Source: Mobula hypostoma
Lineage: Eukaryota
Direction of reading: 5' to 3'
Assembly (NCBI RefSeq): GCF_963921235.1
Contig: NC_086109.1
Location: 34,598,001 to 34,662,000, forward strand
DNA: 64,000 bases
Shown: piece after piece, positions 12,838-26,058 of the stretch
Position numbering within the stretch: position 1 is the stretch's first letter
How the letters are laid out: every line of letters starts with the position of its first letter
Program-made: the position numbers and the translations under genes
The notes under the pieces: model-generated
What the model saw: the letters and a program-made list of their open reading frames with translations, nothing else
What the model was told of the DNA's origin: nothing
Databases searched by the model: none

Positions 12838-13827
12838 AACTCAACACATAAGGCTTTACAGAGAAGAATGTAGAGACTCCTTACAGATGACACCAGAATT
12901 GAACTCTGAACTCCGATGCCCCGAGCTGCAATAGTGCCCTGCCAACTACTACGCCACCATGGCACCCATCATCTATGGTCATTCCTGTATGCCATAGGTA
13001 CTACATAAATGCAAATTCTTTTGAACTACATCCTGACTCATGAACAGTAGTGATTGAAGAACCAAGTATTTATGGACATACATAAATATGTGTAACAGAA
13101 CTCTTGCTCGAAAAGTGTATATGAGGAAATGTCTTGTCATTGAAGGGATAGGGGACAAAGGGATTTACAAATAAGCAGAAATAAAATGATATTCTGTGAC
13201 ACAGTTTAATTTGGCAGAATGTAATTGAGAATGTTATCATTGTGGAGTGAAACATGATGATGAACTTTTCCAAGTCATTTTGTGTCACTCAGATATTTGA
13301 TGGGCCATTTCCTGGTATGAGTTGCACTAGCACATTAAATCACATCATTCCCCTTTTGGACTAAGTTTTAGCAAGAGTATCCATAACCTGATTACTAATT
13401 GTAATTCGTGCCTAGCTGAGGCACTACCAAGATAGGTCCCTAAACACCTGTTACTGACCCACTGTGAAAACCGCTGGTTTACAGCGGCAGTTCCAACAAT
13501 AAACAGCATGTTGCCTCTTACAAAATAAAACCTCCTTCCCATACTAACTGCTTTTGTTTCCTTTCAGCATAGACATCTAAATATACATTAACATTCGAGA
13601 GAGAAATTTATAACCAGCAACAGGAATAACAACCGATACAAACAATTCAAAGTAGAATTAGGCAGAATAAAAAGTACTTTGGGAATCTTTCTTGTTGCTG
13701 TCACCACACAACCATCAGCAGATGGCTCATTTATATTGAGAAGCCTCCAAGAATGTTCATGATCATAAAAAAGAGTCAAATCTTTTGTCACTACTTCTGG
13801 TTGCAGATATCTCAGGAGTTCTCTTAG

Positions 13828-15017
13828 AGTCATAGAAAAGTACAGTACAGAAACAGACCCATCTAGTCCATGTAAAGCCATTTAAGCAGTCTACTCCCAT
13901 CAACCCGTACCTGGTCCATAGCCCTCCATACCCCTAACATCCATGTACCGATTCAAACTTATTTTGAACATTGATATCAAACTCACATGCACCACTTACG
14001 CTGATAGTTTGTTCCCCCATCTCATGGCCCACTGACTGAAGAAATTTCCCCTCATGTTCCCCTTAAACTTTCCACCTTTCACCTTTAACCCATGACCTCT
14101 AATTGTAGTCTCAGTGGAAAAAGCCTGCTTGCATTTACCCTAGCTATATGCCTCATAGTTTTGTATACCTCTATCAAATCTCCTCTCAATCTTCTAGGTT
14201 CCAAGAAATAAAGCCCTAATCTATTCAATCTTCACATTAAAACTCAGGTCCTCCAGTACTGGCATTATCCTTGTGAATTTACTCTGTACTCTTTCAACCT
14301 TTTTTACATCTTTCCTGTAGGTAGTTGACCAAAACAGCACACAATACTCCAAAGCAGGCGTCAACAACGTCTTTTACTACTTCAACATAACATCCTATCT
14401 ACTGTACTCAATACTTTCATTTATGAAGGCCAAAGTGCCAAAGCTTTTTTTATGAGCCGACCTACCTGTGATGCCACTTTCAATATATCATGTATGGGCA
14501 TTCCCAGATCCCGTTGTTCCACCACACTCCTCAGTGCCCTGCCATTCACTGTGTAAGACATACCTGGTTTGTTCTATCGATGTGAAACACCATAAGACCA
14601 AAAGACTAGGAGCAGAATTAGGCCATTCAAGCAATCAAGTCTGCTCCACTAATCCGTCATGGCTGATCCCAGATCCCACTCAACCCCACACACCTGCCTT
14701 CTCGCCATATCCTTTGATACCCTGACCAATCAGGAAACTATCAATTTCCGCTTTAAGTATACCCATGGACTTAGTCTCCACCACAGTCTTTAGCAGGACA
14801 TTCTACAGGTTCACTGCTCTCCTAAAAAATATTCCTCCTTAACTCTGTCCTAAAAGGTAGCCCCTCAATTTTGAGTCTGTGCCCACTAGTTTAGGATACA
14901 CCCACCTCGCATTTGTCTGCATTAAATTCCTTCTGCTATTCTTCAGCCTGTTGATCCAGCTGGTCCAGATACGGCTGCAAACTCTGATAGTCTCCCTCAC
15001 TGTCCACTACACCACAA
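13828..15017 (-). mobile_element. Degenerate CR1 LINE 3' part with a second CR1 3' fragment nested at about 14588-14905
   Basis: CATAGAAAAGTACAG tail; similarity to 19905-20800; an internal second tail CATAAGACCAAAAGAC. Confidence 0.7.
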
Positions 15018-15035
15018 ATCAGCCGTAATTAGCAA

Positions 15036-15972
15036 CTCCCTGCGGAAAGCAGAGAGGGGGAGGAGGGAAAGATGTGCTCCGTAGTGGGATCCTGTTGGAG
15101 GTGACGGAAGTTACGGAGAATAATATGTTGGACCCGAAGCTTGGTGGGGTGGTAGGTGAGGACCAGGGGAACCCTATTCCTAGTGGGGTGGTGGGAGGAT
15201 GGAGTGAGAGCAGATGTACGTGAAATGGGGGAGATGCGTTTGAGAGCAGAGTTGATGGTGGAGGAAGGGAAGCCTCTTTCTTTAAAAAAGGAAGACATCT
15301 CCCTTGTCCTGGAATGAAAAGCCTCATCCTGAGAGCAGATGCGGCGGAGACGGAGGAATTGCGAGAAGGGGATGGCATCTTTGCAAGAGACAGGGTGAGA
15401 AGAGGAATAGTCCAGATAGCTGTGAGAGTCAGTAGGCTTATAGTAGACATCAGTGGATAAGCTGTCTCCAGAGATAGAGACAGAAAGATCTAGAAAGGGG
15501 AGGGAGGTGTCGGAAATGGACCAGGTAAACTTGAGGACAGGGTGAAAGTTGGAGGCAAAGTTAATGAAGTCAACGAGCTCAGCATGCGTGCAGGAAGCAA
15601 CGCCAATGCAGTCGTCGATATAGCGAAGGAAAAGTGGGGGACAGATACCAGAATAGGCACGGAACATAGATTGTTCCACAAAGCCAACAAAAAGGCAGGC
15701 ATAGCTAGGACCCATACGGGTGCCCATAGCTAGACCTTTAGTTTGGTGGAAGTGGGAGGAGCCAAAGGAGAAATGATTAAGAGTAAGGACTAATTCCGCT
15801 AGTCGGAGCAGAGTGGTGGTAGAGGGGAACTGATTAGGTCTGGAATCCAAAAAGAAGTGGATAGCTTTGAGACCTTCCTGATGGGAGATGGAAGTATACA
15901 GGGACTGGACATCCATGGTGAAAATAAAGCGGTGGGGGCCAGGGAACTTAAAAACATCAAAAAGTTTAAGAG
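15036..15972 (-). mobile_element. Penelope-like element RT fragment
   Basis: 295-aa ORF with MDVQSLYT, GLAMGTRMGPSYACLF, RYIDD, LPFLD, YYKPT and IPFSQFLRLRRICS. Confidence 0.9.
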
Positions 15973-16178
15973 TTGAAGGGTGCTGCCCTTTTTGCAGGCT
16001 ATGAGTCGATTGAAACTGAAGAGGTTTGCAATTGTGACCTGACAGAGCATCCGTCCACTGTTGCTGCTGATAATCTCAATTCCATTTTGCAGGATGGCAT
16101 TAAAACATCCATGCATAGATCCAGACATTCCCCAACCGGATTCGGTAACTTCAGCTTTTTTTTTTTCGTTTCATACAG

Positions 16179-16339
16179 GCCTTGAACGGGACAAGTTTGA
16201 CAACAAGACAGTGTCATTTGAAGAGCACATTAAACTTGAACACAACATCTGGAATTATTTATACTTTATTGTGTTGATACTAGAGAAAAATGAGACTGAT
16301 TACACTGGGCCTGAAAGCTATGTTTATCAAATGATAAAG
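16179..16339 (+). CDS. ITPR3: ITPR3 exon ([54 protein letters not shown])
   Basis: Poly-T tract plus atacag| ... |gtaaca; 161 nt, phase 1-0; zinc-finger His pair. Confidence 0.97.
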
Positions 16340-17235
16340 GTAACATTTTAGTTAAAAGGACACTATTGTGTTCAGTTTTATCCTGTCACGTGTTCAAACA
16401 GTTTCTTACTACGTAAATGTGTTTGACTGATAAAACACGTTGCTGTACCTCTGAGTCAAAGCTCTAATCCAGCTCAGACTAATGACAGGACCTTTCCTCA
16501 GTCATCTGAAATGTATCTTATCCTGGTTCTGAATATTTGAGCAAATGTCAGAAATCTGCCTCTGCTACTGTAGTAATTGCCATAATTCAGAAGATAGCTG
16601 TCAGAAATCATCAAGTCCTTCTCCAGAAATGTGAGCATCGACATTTGTGCTGACGCTCCAGAGAATCACCGAGGATGTGTCCTGCCCTTGGAGACTCCAA
16701 TTTTCATGACCCACTTTAACCGAGACCCCCTCTCTCATGGGTGGTTATAAGTAAAAAACTTTTCTGGTTTACTTTTGATTAAGTGCAAAAGTAAATATAA
16801 CATGGTGTCTTGGTTACAATACCATCATAAAAACAGATTACCTGGCATTCTTTCTTATACTGTTTAAGCGAGCTTTTACCAAGGGTATTGGCTCTCACAG
16901 TTCCAACATTATGGAGTCATAATGCTATCGGTAGTGTTTCAAGGCAGCTTGGATGGATTTGAAATTCCTCTTCCAGACTGAAGACGTACAGAGTTGAAGG
17001 AGCATTGTTCATTTACCTGATCAAAGATATTAACTCCAAGCTGTTAGTATGCAGGAAAATGCTCAGTCTAAATGAGCATTTATGATCAAATCATAATGAT
17101 AAGGCCAGAAACAGTAAATGACGTTTGCTGTTACCTTACTACCTTTTGCATGAATTACTTCCATAATGATCTTGCTTTTTGACCGCAGTTCCTTAGAACT
17201 TAAAATCTATTTGTAAGATTGGCTTACTGCTGCTG

Positions 17236-18487
17236 ATATCTTTTATAAGCTCCCTGATTGTCACAGCTACCTGGACTATACCTCTTCCCACCCTGTCATT
17301 TATAAAAATGTCATGTCCTTCTCTCAGTTCCTCCATCTCTGCCACATCTGTTCTCAGAATGAGGCTTTTCATTTCAGAACAAGTAAGATGTCCTCCTTCT
17401 TCAAAGAAAGGGGCTGTCCTCCCTCCACAATCAACGCTGCTCTCAAGTGCATCTCTTTCATTTTGTGCATGTTTGCCCTCATCCCATCCTGCTGCTCCCA
17501 CACCAGAGATAGGGTTCCTCTTATCCTCCCCTACCAGCCTCCACGTCCAGCACACAATTCCCTGTAACTTCCTCCAGTCCCCAATGGGATCCTACCACCA
17601 AGCACACCTTTCCCTCTCCCCCCGCTTCCCACTTTCCACAGCGATCATTCATTACACAATTCACTTGTCCACTCATCCCTCCCCACCGATCTCCCACCTG
17701 GTATCTATCCTTGCAAGTGGAACAAGTGTCATACCTACCCCTATACCTCCTCCCTCACTACCATTCATGACCCCAATCTGTCTTTCCAGATGAGATACTT
17801 CACCTGTGATTCTGTTGGGGTCATGTACTGCATCCGGTGCTCCCAATGTGGCCTCCTGTATATCAGTGAGACCTGATGTAGATGGGAAGAGTGCCTCACC
17901 GAGCACCTATACTCGGTCCTCCAGAAGAAGTGGAGTCTTCTGGTAGCCACCCATTTCAATTCTCCCTCCCATTCACATTCCAACGTGTCAGGCCATGGCC
18001 TCCTCCTGAGACCACACTCAGCTTGGAGGAGCAACACCTTATATTCCATCTGGGTAGACTCCAACCTTATGGCATGAACATCGATTTCTCAAATTTCCGG
18101 TAATTGCCCACTACCCTCTCCTTCACCCTTCCCATTCCTGTTCTCTCTCTCTCATTATCTCCTTATTTGCCCATCACCTCCCTCTGGTGCTCCTCCTCCT
18201 TCCCTTTCTTCCATGGTCTCTACCCTCTCCTGTCAAATCCCCACTTCTCCAGCCCTGTATCTCTTTCACCAGTCAACTTCCCAGCTCTTCACTTTACACC
18301 CCACCCCCCAGTCTCACCGATTACCTACCACCTTGTACTCCTTCCTCCTCCGCATCCCCATACCTTTTTCCCTCAGTCCGAAATGTCGACTGCTTACTTT
18401 TTCCATTGATGTTCCCTGGCCTGCTGAGTTCCTCCAGCATTTTGTGTGTGTTGTTTTGGATTTCCAGCATCTGCAGATTTTCTCATG
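17236..18487 (+). mobile_element. Degenerate Penelope-like element (RT thumb, GIY-YIG and 3' tail)
   Basis: Frameshifted homology to 15036-15450 and 41655-42620. Confidence 0.85.
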
Positions 18488-19091
18488 CTTATTCCTGGTA
18501 CATTTGGTTTCTTTCAAACATTGGAGTGCAGCCGGCCCAAATATCTGCACAATTCTTCTCAGAATTGGAAATGGAACTTTTCTCACTATGAGCAGGTTAG
18601 GTGGCATGGATTAGTTGCAACAGCATGTCAGTGTAATCCTCTGCCCTTGAATTTGAAAGATTAAAACTTACTGTAAAAAATAGGCAGCTAGTCTGGATGG
18701 ATAATGATTCAGTACTGCAGGACTGTTCCAGTACTGGAGATGTTGCCTTGTGGATGATGGTCTGTGTCCAAGAAGATTTAAAAGATTCCCCTGGCTCTAT
18801 TCAAACAATAATTAGACCTGTTGACCAATATTGCTATTAATGTAGGTTATCTGATGAATGTCATTGTTGTCTTGTTGGTTCCTTTGTGAGAATAGGCTGT
18901 ATTTTGTACTTAATTATGAAGCCTTTGCATTGCCCAGAGAAAGTAGGAGGAATACTGTAAATACAGTTTCTTAATCTTATTCTCACTTCCAATTTTTTTA
19001 TTCATGGTGAAGAATTAACTAAATGATACATTGCAGCTTTTGGTCCATTCCCAGAGATTACCTGATTATTGTTCCCTTTTACGTGCTGTAG

Positions 19092-19253
19092 ACCAAAAAC
19101 TTGGATTGGTTTCCACGCATGCGTGCTATGTCCCTGGTCTCTAATGAAGGGGAAGGGGAACAGAATGAAATTCGAAACCTGCAGGAGAAGCTATTCTTGA
19201 CGATGAAGCTGGTAACAATTCTCACAAATCAACTTACAGATCTAAAGGAACAG
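19092..19253 (+). CDS. ITPR3: ITPR3 exon ([54 protein letters not shown])
   Basis: ctgtag| ... |gtaagc; 162 nt, phase 0-0; [12 protein letters not shown] motif. Confidence 0.97.
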
Positions 19254-19339
19254 GTAAGCACTTAAAGGGGGGGGCACTTCGTGCATTTTGCCAGTCATAG
19301 AGCCAAAGAGAGATACAGCAAGGAAACAGACACTTTGAT

Positions 19340-19630
19340 GCACCTCCACGTGGAGCATCAACCCCTAATTCTATATTGATCCCATCTTTTATTCACTCTG
19401 CATCCTGACAACTCCCCCAGATTTACCACCCATCTACACACTGAAGGCAATTTAGACCGGTGTAGCAATCTGCATGACTTTGGGATGTAGAAGGAAGCTG
19501 AAGCAATGGAGAAATAAACATGGTCGCAGGAGGAATGTCCTAAATCCACTCAAGTGGCAGCCAGAATTGTGGTTTAAACTGAGCCTCTGCCACTGCGAAG
19601 CAGCTACTCTGCTCCCTACACTAGTGTGCT
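19340..19630 (-). mobile_element. Degenerate tRNA-derived SINE
   Basis: Reverse complement resembles the SINEs at 37000 and 39150. Confidence 0.4.
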
Positions 19631-19904
19631 AAAATGATGAATCTTCCAGAGATCTTTATATCAAAGGAATAGTCGATGTTTTGGATTAGAATCTGTCGCG
19701 TGATCCCAACCCAAACTGTGAGCCATCCTTTGCTTGCACAGATGCTGCGAGACCCAGTGAGTTCCTTCAGCAGTTTATTTCTTGTCCAGATTCCAGCATC
19801 TTTAGTCTCTTGATTTTCCAGAGCATTTTGTTCCCTTCTTGGCCTTGATTTTTTTTCTGCCTTTCCTGAAGGCTATTTGTCATTTTTAAGCAATAGTTTT
19901 AAAT

Positions 19905-22900
19905 ATAGAAACATAGAAAATAGGTGCAGGAGTAGGCCATTTGGCCCTTCGAGCCTGCACTGCCATTTATTATGATCATGGCTGATCATCCGACTCAGAA
20001 CCCTGCACCAGCCTTCCCTCCATACCCACTGATCCCCGTAGCCACAAGGGCCATATCTAACTCCCTCTTAAATATAGCCAATGAACTGGCCTCAACTGTT
20101 TCCTGTGGCAGAGAATTCCACAGATTCACCACTCTCTGTGTGAAGAAGTTTTTCCTAATCTCAGTCCTAAAAGGCTTCCCCTTTGTCTTCAAACTGTGAC
20201 CCCTCGTTCTGGACTTCCCCAACATCGGGAACAATCTTCCTGCATCTAGCCTGTCCAATCCCTTTAGGATTTTATACACTTCAATCAGATCCCCCCTCAA
20301 TCCTCTAAATTCCAACGAGTACAAGCCCAGTTCATCCAGTCTTTCTTCATATGAAAGTCCTGCCATCCCAGGAATCAATCTGGTGAACCTTCTTTGTACT
20401 CCCTCTATGGCAAGGATATCTTTCCTCAGATTAGGGGACCAAAACTGCACACAATACCCCAGGTGTGGTCTCACCAAGGCCTTGTACAACTGCAGTAGTA
20501 CCTCCCTGCTCCTGTACTCGAATCCTCTCGCTATAAATGCCAGCATACCATTCGCCTTTTTAACCGCCTGCTGTACCTGCATGCCCACTTTCAATGACTG
20601 GTGTATAATGACACCCAGGTCTCGTTGCACCTCCCCTTTTCCTAATCAGCCACCATTCAGATAATAATCTGTTTTCCTATTTTTGCCACCAAAGTGGATA
20701 ACTTCACATTTATTCACATTAAATTGCATCTGCCATGAATTTGCCCACTCACCCAACCTATCCAAGTCACCCTGCATCCTCTTAGCATCCTCATCACAGC
20801 TAACACTGCCGCCCAGCTTCCTGTCATCCGCAAACTTGGAGATGCTGCATTTAATTCCCTCATCCAAGTCATTAATATATATATTGTAAACAACTGGGGT
20901 CCCAGCACTGAGCCTTGCGGTACCCCACTATTCACTGCCTGCCATTCTGAAAGGGTCCCGTTTATTCCCACTCTTTGCTTCCTGTCTGCTAACCAATTCT
21001 CTATCCACATCAATACCTTACCCCCAATACTGTGTGCTTTAAGTTTGCACACTAATCTCCTGTGTGAAACCTTGTCAAAAGCCTTTTGAAAATCCAAATA
21101 TACCACATCCACTGGTTCTCCCCTATCCACTCTACTAGTTACATCCTCAAAAAATTCTATGAGATTCGTCAGACATGATTTTCCTTTCACAAATCCATGC
21201 TGACTTTGTCCGATCATTTCACCGCTTTCCAAATGTGCTGTTATCACATCTTTGATAACTGACTCCAGCAGTTTCCCCACCACCGACATTAGGCTAACCG
21301 GTCTATAATTCCCCGGTTTCTCTCTCCCTCCTTTTTTAAAAAGTGGAGTTACATTAGCCACCCTCCAATCCTCAGGAACTAGTCCAGAATCTAACGAGTT
21401 TTGAAAAATTATCACTAATGCATCCACTATTTCTTGGGCTACTTCCTTAAGCACTCTGGGATGCAGACCATCTGGCCCTGGGGATTTATCTGCCTTTAAT
21501 CCCTTCAATTTACCTAACACCACTTCCCTACTAACATGTATTTCGCTCAGTTCCTCCATCTCACTGGACCCTCTGTCCCCTACTATTTCTGGAAGATTAT
21601 TTATGTCCTCCTTAGTGAAGACAGAACCAAAGTAATTATTCAATTGGTCTGCCATGTCCTTGCTCCCCATAATCAATTCACCTGTTTCTGTCTGTAGGGG
21701 ACCTACATTTGTCTTTACCAGTCCTTTCCTTTTTACATATCTGTAAAAGCTTTTACGGTCCGTTTTTATGTTCCCTGCCAGTTTTCTCTCATATCCTTTT
21801 TTTCCCCTTCCTAATTAAGCCCTTTGCCCTCCTCTGCTGAACTCTGAATTTCTCCCAGTCCTCAGGTGAGCCACTTTTCCTGGCTAATTTGTATGCTTCT
21901 TCTTTGGAATTGATACTATCCCTAATTTCTCTTGTCAGCCACGGGTGCACTACCTTCCTTGATTTATTCTTTTGCCAAACTGGGATTAAAAATTGTTGTA
22001 GTTCATCCATGCAATCTTTAAATGCTTGCCATTGCATATCCCCCGTCAATCAAGTGTCATTTGCCAGTCTATCTTAGCTAATTCACGACTCATACCTTCA
22101 AAGTTACCCCTCTTTAAGTTCAGAACCTTTGTTTCTGAATTAACTATGTCACTCTCCATCTTAATGAAGAATTCCACCATATTATGGTCACACTTACCCA
22201 AGGGGCCTCTCACGACAAGATTGCTAATTAACCCTTCCTCATTGCTCAAAACCCAGTCCAGAATAGCCTGCTCTCTAGTTGGTTCCTCGACATGTTGGTT
22301 TAAAAAACCATCCCGCATACATTCCAAGAAATCCTCTTCCTCAGCACCTTTACCAATTTGGTTCACCCAATCTACATGTAGGTTGAAGTCACCCATTATA
22401 ACTGCTGTTCCTTTATTGCACACATTTCTAATTTCCTGTTTAATACCATCTCTGACCTCACTACTACTGTTAGGTGGCCTGTACACAACTCCCACCAGCG
22501 TTTTCTGCCCCTTAGTGTTATGCAGCTCTACCCATATCGATTCCACATCTTCCCGGCTTATGTCCTTCCTTTCTATTGCGTTAATCTCATCTTTAACCAG
22601 CAACGCCACCCCACTTCCTTTTCTTTCATGTCTATCCCTCCTGAATATTGAATATCCCTGAACGTTGAGCTCCCATCCTTGGTCACCCTGGAGCCATGTC
22701 TCTGTGATCCCAACTATATCATAATCATTAATAACAATCTGCACTTTCAATACATCCACCTTGTTACGAATGCTCCTTGCATTGACACACAAAGCCTTCA
22801 GGCGCTCTTTTACAACTCTCTTAGCCCTTATACAATTATGTTGAAAAGTGGCCCTTTTTGATGCTTGCCCTGGATTTGTCGGCCTGCCACTTTTACTTTT

Positions 22901-23428
22901 CTCCTTACTACTTTTTGCTTCTACCCTCACTTTACACCCCTCTGTCTCTCTGCACTGGTTCCCATCCCCCTGTTGTGAACTAACCTCCTCTTGCCTAGCT
23001 TCTTTAATTTGATTCCCACCCCCCAACCATTCTAGTTTAAAGACACCTCAGTAGCCCTCGCTAATCTCCCTGCCAGGATATTGGTCCCCCTAGGATTCAA
23101 GTGTAACCCGTCCTTTTTGTACAGGTCACGCCTGCGCCAAAAGAGGTCCCAATGATCCAAAAACTTGAATCCCTGCCTCCTGCTCCAATTCTTCAGCCAC
23201 GCATTTATCCTCCACCTCATCGCATTCCTACTCTCACTGTCGTGTGGCACAGGCAGTAATCCCGAGATTACTATATTTGCAGTCCTTTTTCTCAACTCCC
23301 TTCCTAGCTCCCTATATTCTCCTTTCAGGACCTCTTCCCTTTTCCTACCTATGTCATTGGTACCTATATGTACCACGACCTCTGGCTCCTCACCCTCCCA
23401 CTTCAGGATATCTTGAACACGATCAGAA
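19905..23428 (-). mobile_element. CR1 LINE, 3.5 kb, 5'-truncated in ORF1 (SGNH esterase-like ORF1; APE plus RT ORF2, frameshifted)
   Basis: ORF1 has VVVHIGTNDIG and DGLHLN. ORF2 has NARSIRNK, GITETW, MGDFN, CDHN, NYRPVSL, LDFQKAFDKV, GVPQGSVLGP and KFADD. (TTTCTATG)-type tail; possible TSD AAATAT. Confidence 0.95.
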
Positions 23429-23496
23429 ATATGCTTGTTTAAGCATTTAGTTTTTAAACCAACTGAATTTAAATGAGTCATTGTTCTTTTGTACAG

Positions 23497-23589
23497 ATGA
23501 CAGAACAAAGGAAACGAAGGCAGAGAATGGGATTTGTGGATGTACAAGGCAACCCAACTAACGTAAACCATCAGATGGCTAAAATATGA
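23497..23589 (+). CDS. ITPR3: ITPR3 terminal coding exon (MTEQRKRRQRMGFVDVQGNPTNVNHQMAKI*)
   Basis: ttttgtacag| acceptor and TGA stop at 23587-23589; RKRRQR.GFVDVQ is characteristic of ITPR3 among the three paralogues; synteny with UQCC2. Confidence 0.95.
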   Translation: MTEQRKRRQRMGFVDVQGNPTNVNHQMAKI

Positions 23590-24520
23590 AAAATTCAATG
23601 GTGTCCGCAATATCACTTCCTAAGAATATCGTCCATTATTGACATCTTATTTCATTACAAAAAAATAACTGAATGGTAAATTATAATAAAAAATAGAATA
23701 TTCCATGAGTAATGGAAGGTGTGCTAAGATAAGGAAACTACATTTTGCAAACTACATGTGAACATAATAATTTGTAAATTAAGTTGGGTTTAGTTCTTGG
23801 GAAAGGTATGTGGTTTGATATTACAGGTTTTGGTGATGATGTCAGGTGCAATACTTTATGTTAAAATATGTGACTATTACTATTTTCTTACTGAGGGTTT
23901 TATGTATTTTGAAAGCTTGTGATGTACAAAATTATTAATTTCTATGTTTTACATTTTGGTAAAATTGGAAAACTTGAAGAAATCTGCTGATTGTTGTCTT
24001 AGACAGGAAACATTACCACTTTATGAATCTTCCACTACTAACTTCCTCTTTTGGTTGCTGTCTGATATTTTCAGTCAAAATCGTTAAACTGCAGGATCTA
24101 GACCCACAGGATTAATACTGGAATATGTGACTTAACAGTGTTGCCTCATAAATTAATCGCTTTCCTGGGAATGAGCTCGTGTGTGTGTCTCCCTCTAGCC
24201 AAGTCTAAATATGCATATGCAGTGGCAGTGCTAATATTGTTGCACAGAATACATTGGCTACACTACCAAGGAAATTAATTCTCAGTATGGAATCTACAAA
24301 ATTGTCGGTGTCCACTTGAGAGCAGTAATCTAATAAACTTCATTTTAAACTATTTATTGCAAATGTGAAGTATTTTGTAACAATTTTGTGCTCTAATGAA
24401 CTGTGAGACAATAAAACACATTCCATCTCTGTAAAATGTCTCCAAGTACTCCACAATAAGTGCCTTACTATCCTGCTGTTTGTACACAGATGACTTAATA
24501 AATATAATTTATGTTGCCCT
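23590..24520 (+). other. ITPR3: Probable ITPR3 3' UTR with several AATAAA signals
   Basis: AT-rich, repeat-free stretch after the stop codon; AATAAA at about 23685, 24332, 24410 and 24497. The true 3' end cannot be determined. Confidence 0.55.
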
Positions 24521-25149
24521 GAAAGATAAAGGTATTTTCAGTTTTCTAATTTTTTAATATGTCATCTGGATGCATGAGGAACCTCATTATCAATGAGCAG
24601 TGATGTCAGTACATTAGTAAGTTCTACATGCACTTGCTTTCAAGGCAATAACTGAGGAAGCAATGTCTCATATATATACACACTTACCCTAGTTATATAG
24701 CTACAGGGTTGTCTAACATGTTTTTTTGTGTTACAACTCTTGGTTAAAATGGGTCAAATTTGTTCAGAGGTTTGTAATCAAGCACAAGCTTATTCACTGT
24801 GGTTGAAACACTTACATGCAAGGTTACTCTCTTTCTAATGGTTTTCTATGAAGTAAATGGGTCAAGAATGTATCTTCTGAAAATGTAAGCATGAAAGCAA
24901 TGAATACCAAAGATCAATAACCATTAGGGCAGATCTGTTAATTTGTATTATATTTTGTTTCCTTTTTTGATAGGAGCATTTGTTTAATGGTACAATAAGT
25001 CTTTGCTCTGTATATAGGAGCACATATTAACCATGAAATAGTGTAAAAAGTTGATGCATGTTTGCAGTTGGAGAATTGTTCAGAAGTATTTCTACTATCA
25101 GCTTCAAGGAAAGGAACTTCAGGCACATAGTTCAATATGTAAATATGTT

Positions 25150-25312
25150 TCTCTCTCCCCATTCTCCCATCCGCCCCCCCACCTTTTAAATCTATTTCTC
25201 ATCTTTTTTTCTCCAGTCCTGCCAAAGGTTCTTGGCCTGAAATGTTGATTGTACTTTTTTTTTCCATTGATGCTCCCTGGCCTGCTGATTTCCTCCAGTA
25301 CTTTTTGTGTGT
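25150..25312 (+). mobile_element. Short PLE-derived 3'-end element with decayed hammerhead motif
   Basis: CCAGTCCTGCCAAAGGTTCTTGGCCTGAAATGTTGATTG ... TGTGTGTTG. Confidence 0.6.
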
Positions 25313-25322
25313 TGAATATATT

Positions 25323-25830
25323 TCAAAAGTTCAAAGTAAATTGATTATCAAAGCATATAGATAACCCTGAGATTCATTTTCTTGTGGGCATACTCAGTAA
25401 ATCTATAGAATAATAACCATAACGGGATTAGCGAAAAACTGCACCAACTTAGGTGTTCCAACTAATGTGCAAAAGACAATAAGCTGTGCAAAGACAGAAG
25501 ACAGAAAATAAATAATAATAAATAAGCAATAAATGTTGAGAGCATGAGATGAAGTCTCCTTAAAAGTGAGTCCCTATGTTGTAGGAAAATTTCAGTGATG
25601 GGGCAAGTGAAGTTGAATGAAGTTACCGCTTTGGTTCAATAGCCTGATGGTTGAGGAGTAGTAATTGTTCTTGAACCAGCTAGTGGGAGTCCTGAGGCTC
25701 CTGTACCTCTTTGCTGATGGCAGCAGTGAGAAGAGAGCATGTCCTGGGTGGTGGGGGTCCTGATGATGGATGCTGCTTTCCTGCGACAAAGTTTTATGTA
25801 GCTGTGCTCAGTGGCGGAGAGGGTTTAACT
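25323..25830 (-). mobile_element. Rex1/Babar LINE 3' fragment
   Basis: HPGHALFSLLPS.KRYRSL in ORF 25592..25789; TTCAAAG tandem tail. Confidence 0.75.
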
Positions 25831-26058
25831 GATGAACAACTGGATCATTACTAAGTGCAATAGTAATGATTTTAAAGCATCAGCAATAGACCGTCTTTAG
25901 TTGAAATTGGTTTAATTTATAATCTTTTTTTTCAAATGGGAATTCTTTATTTACAAATATTTTGTAAAAAGCAGACAGTTGTCTTTGCTATACAAAGGAT
26001 ACATTCAAACCGAAGAGAACACACAAAACTATCAAAGACTGTAATCTGAGAAAGAGTG

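Noticed and set aside
23032..23616. 194-aa minus-strand ORF spanning the ITPR3 last exon and CR1 ORF1
   Set aside because: Chance read-through: antisense host sequence fused in frame to the truncated CR1 esterase. No promoter evidence.
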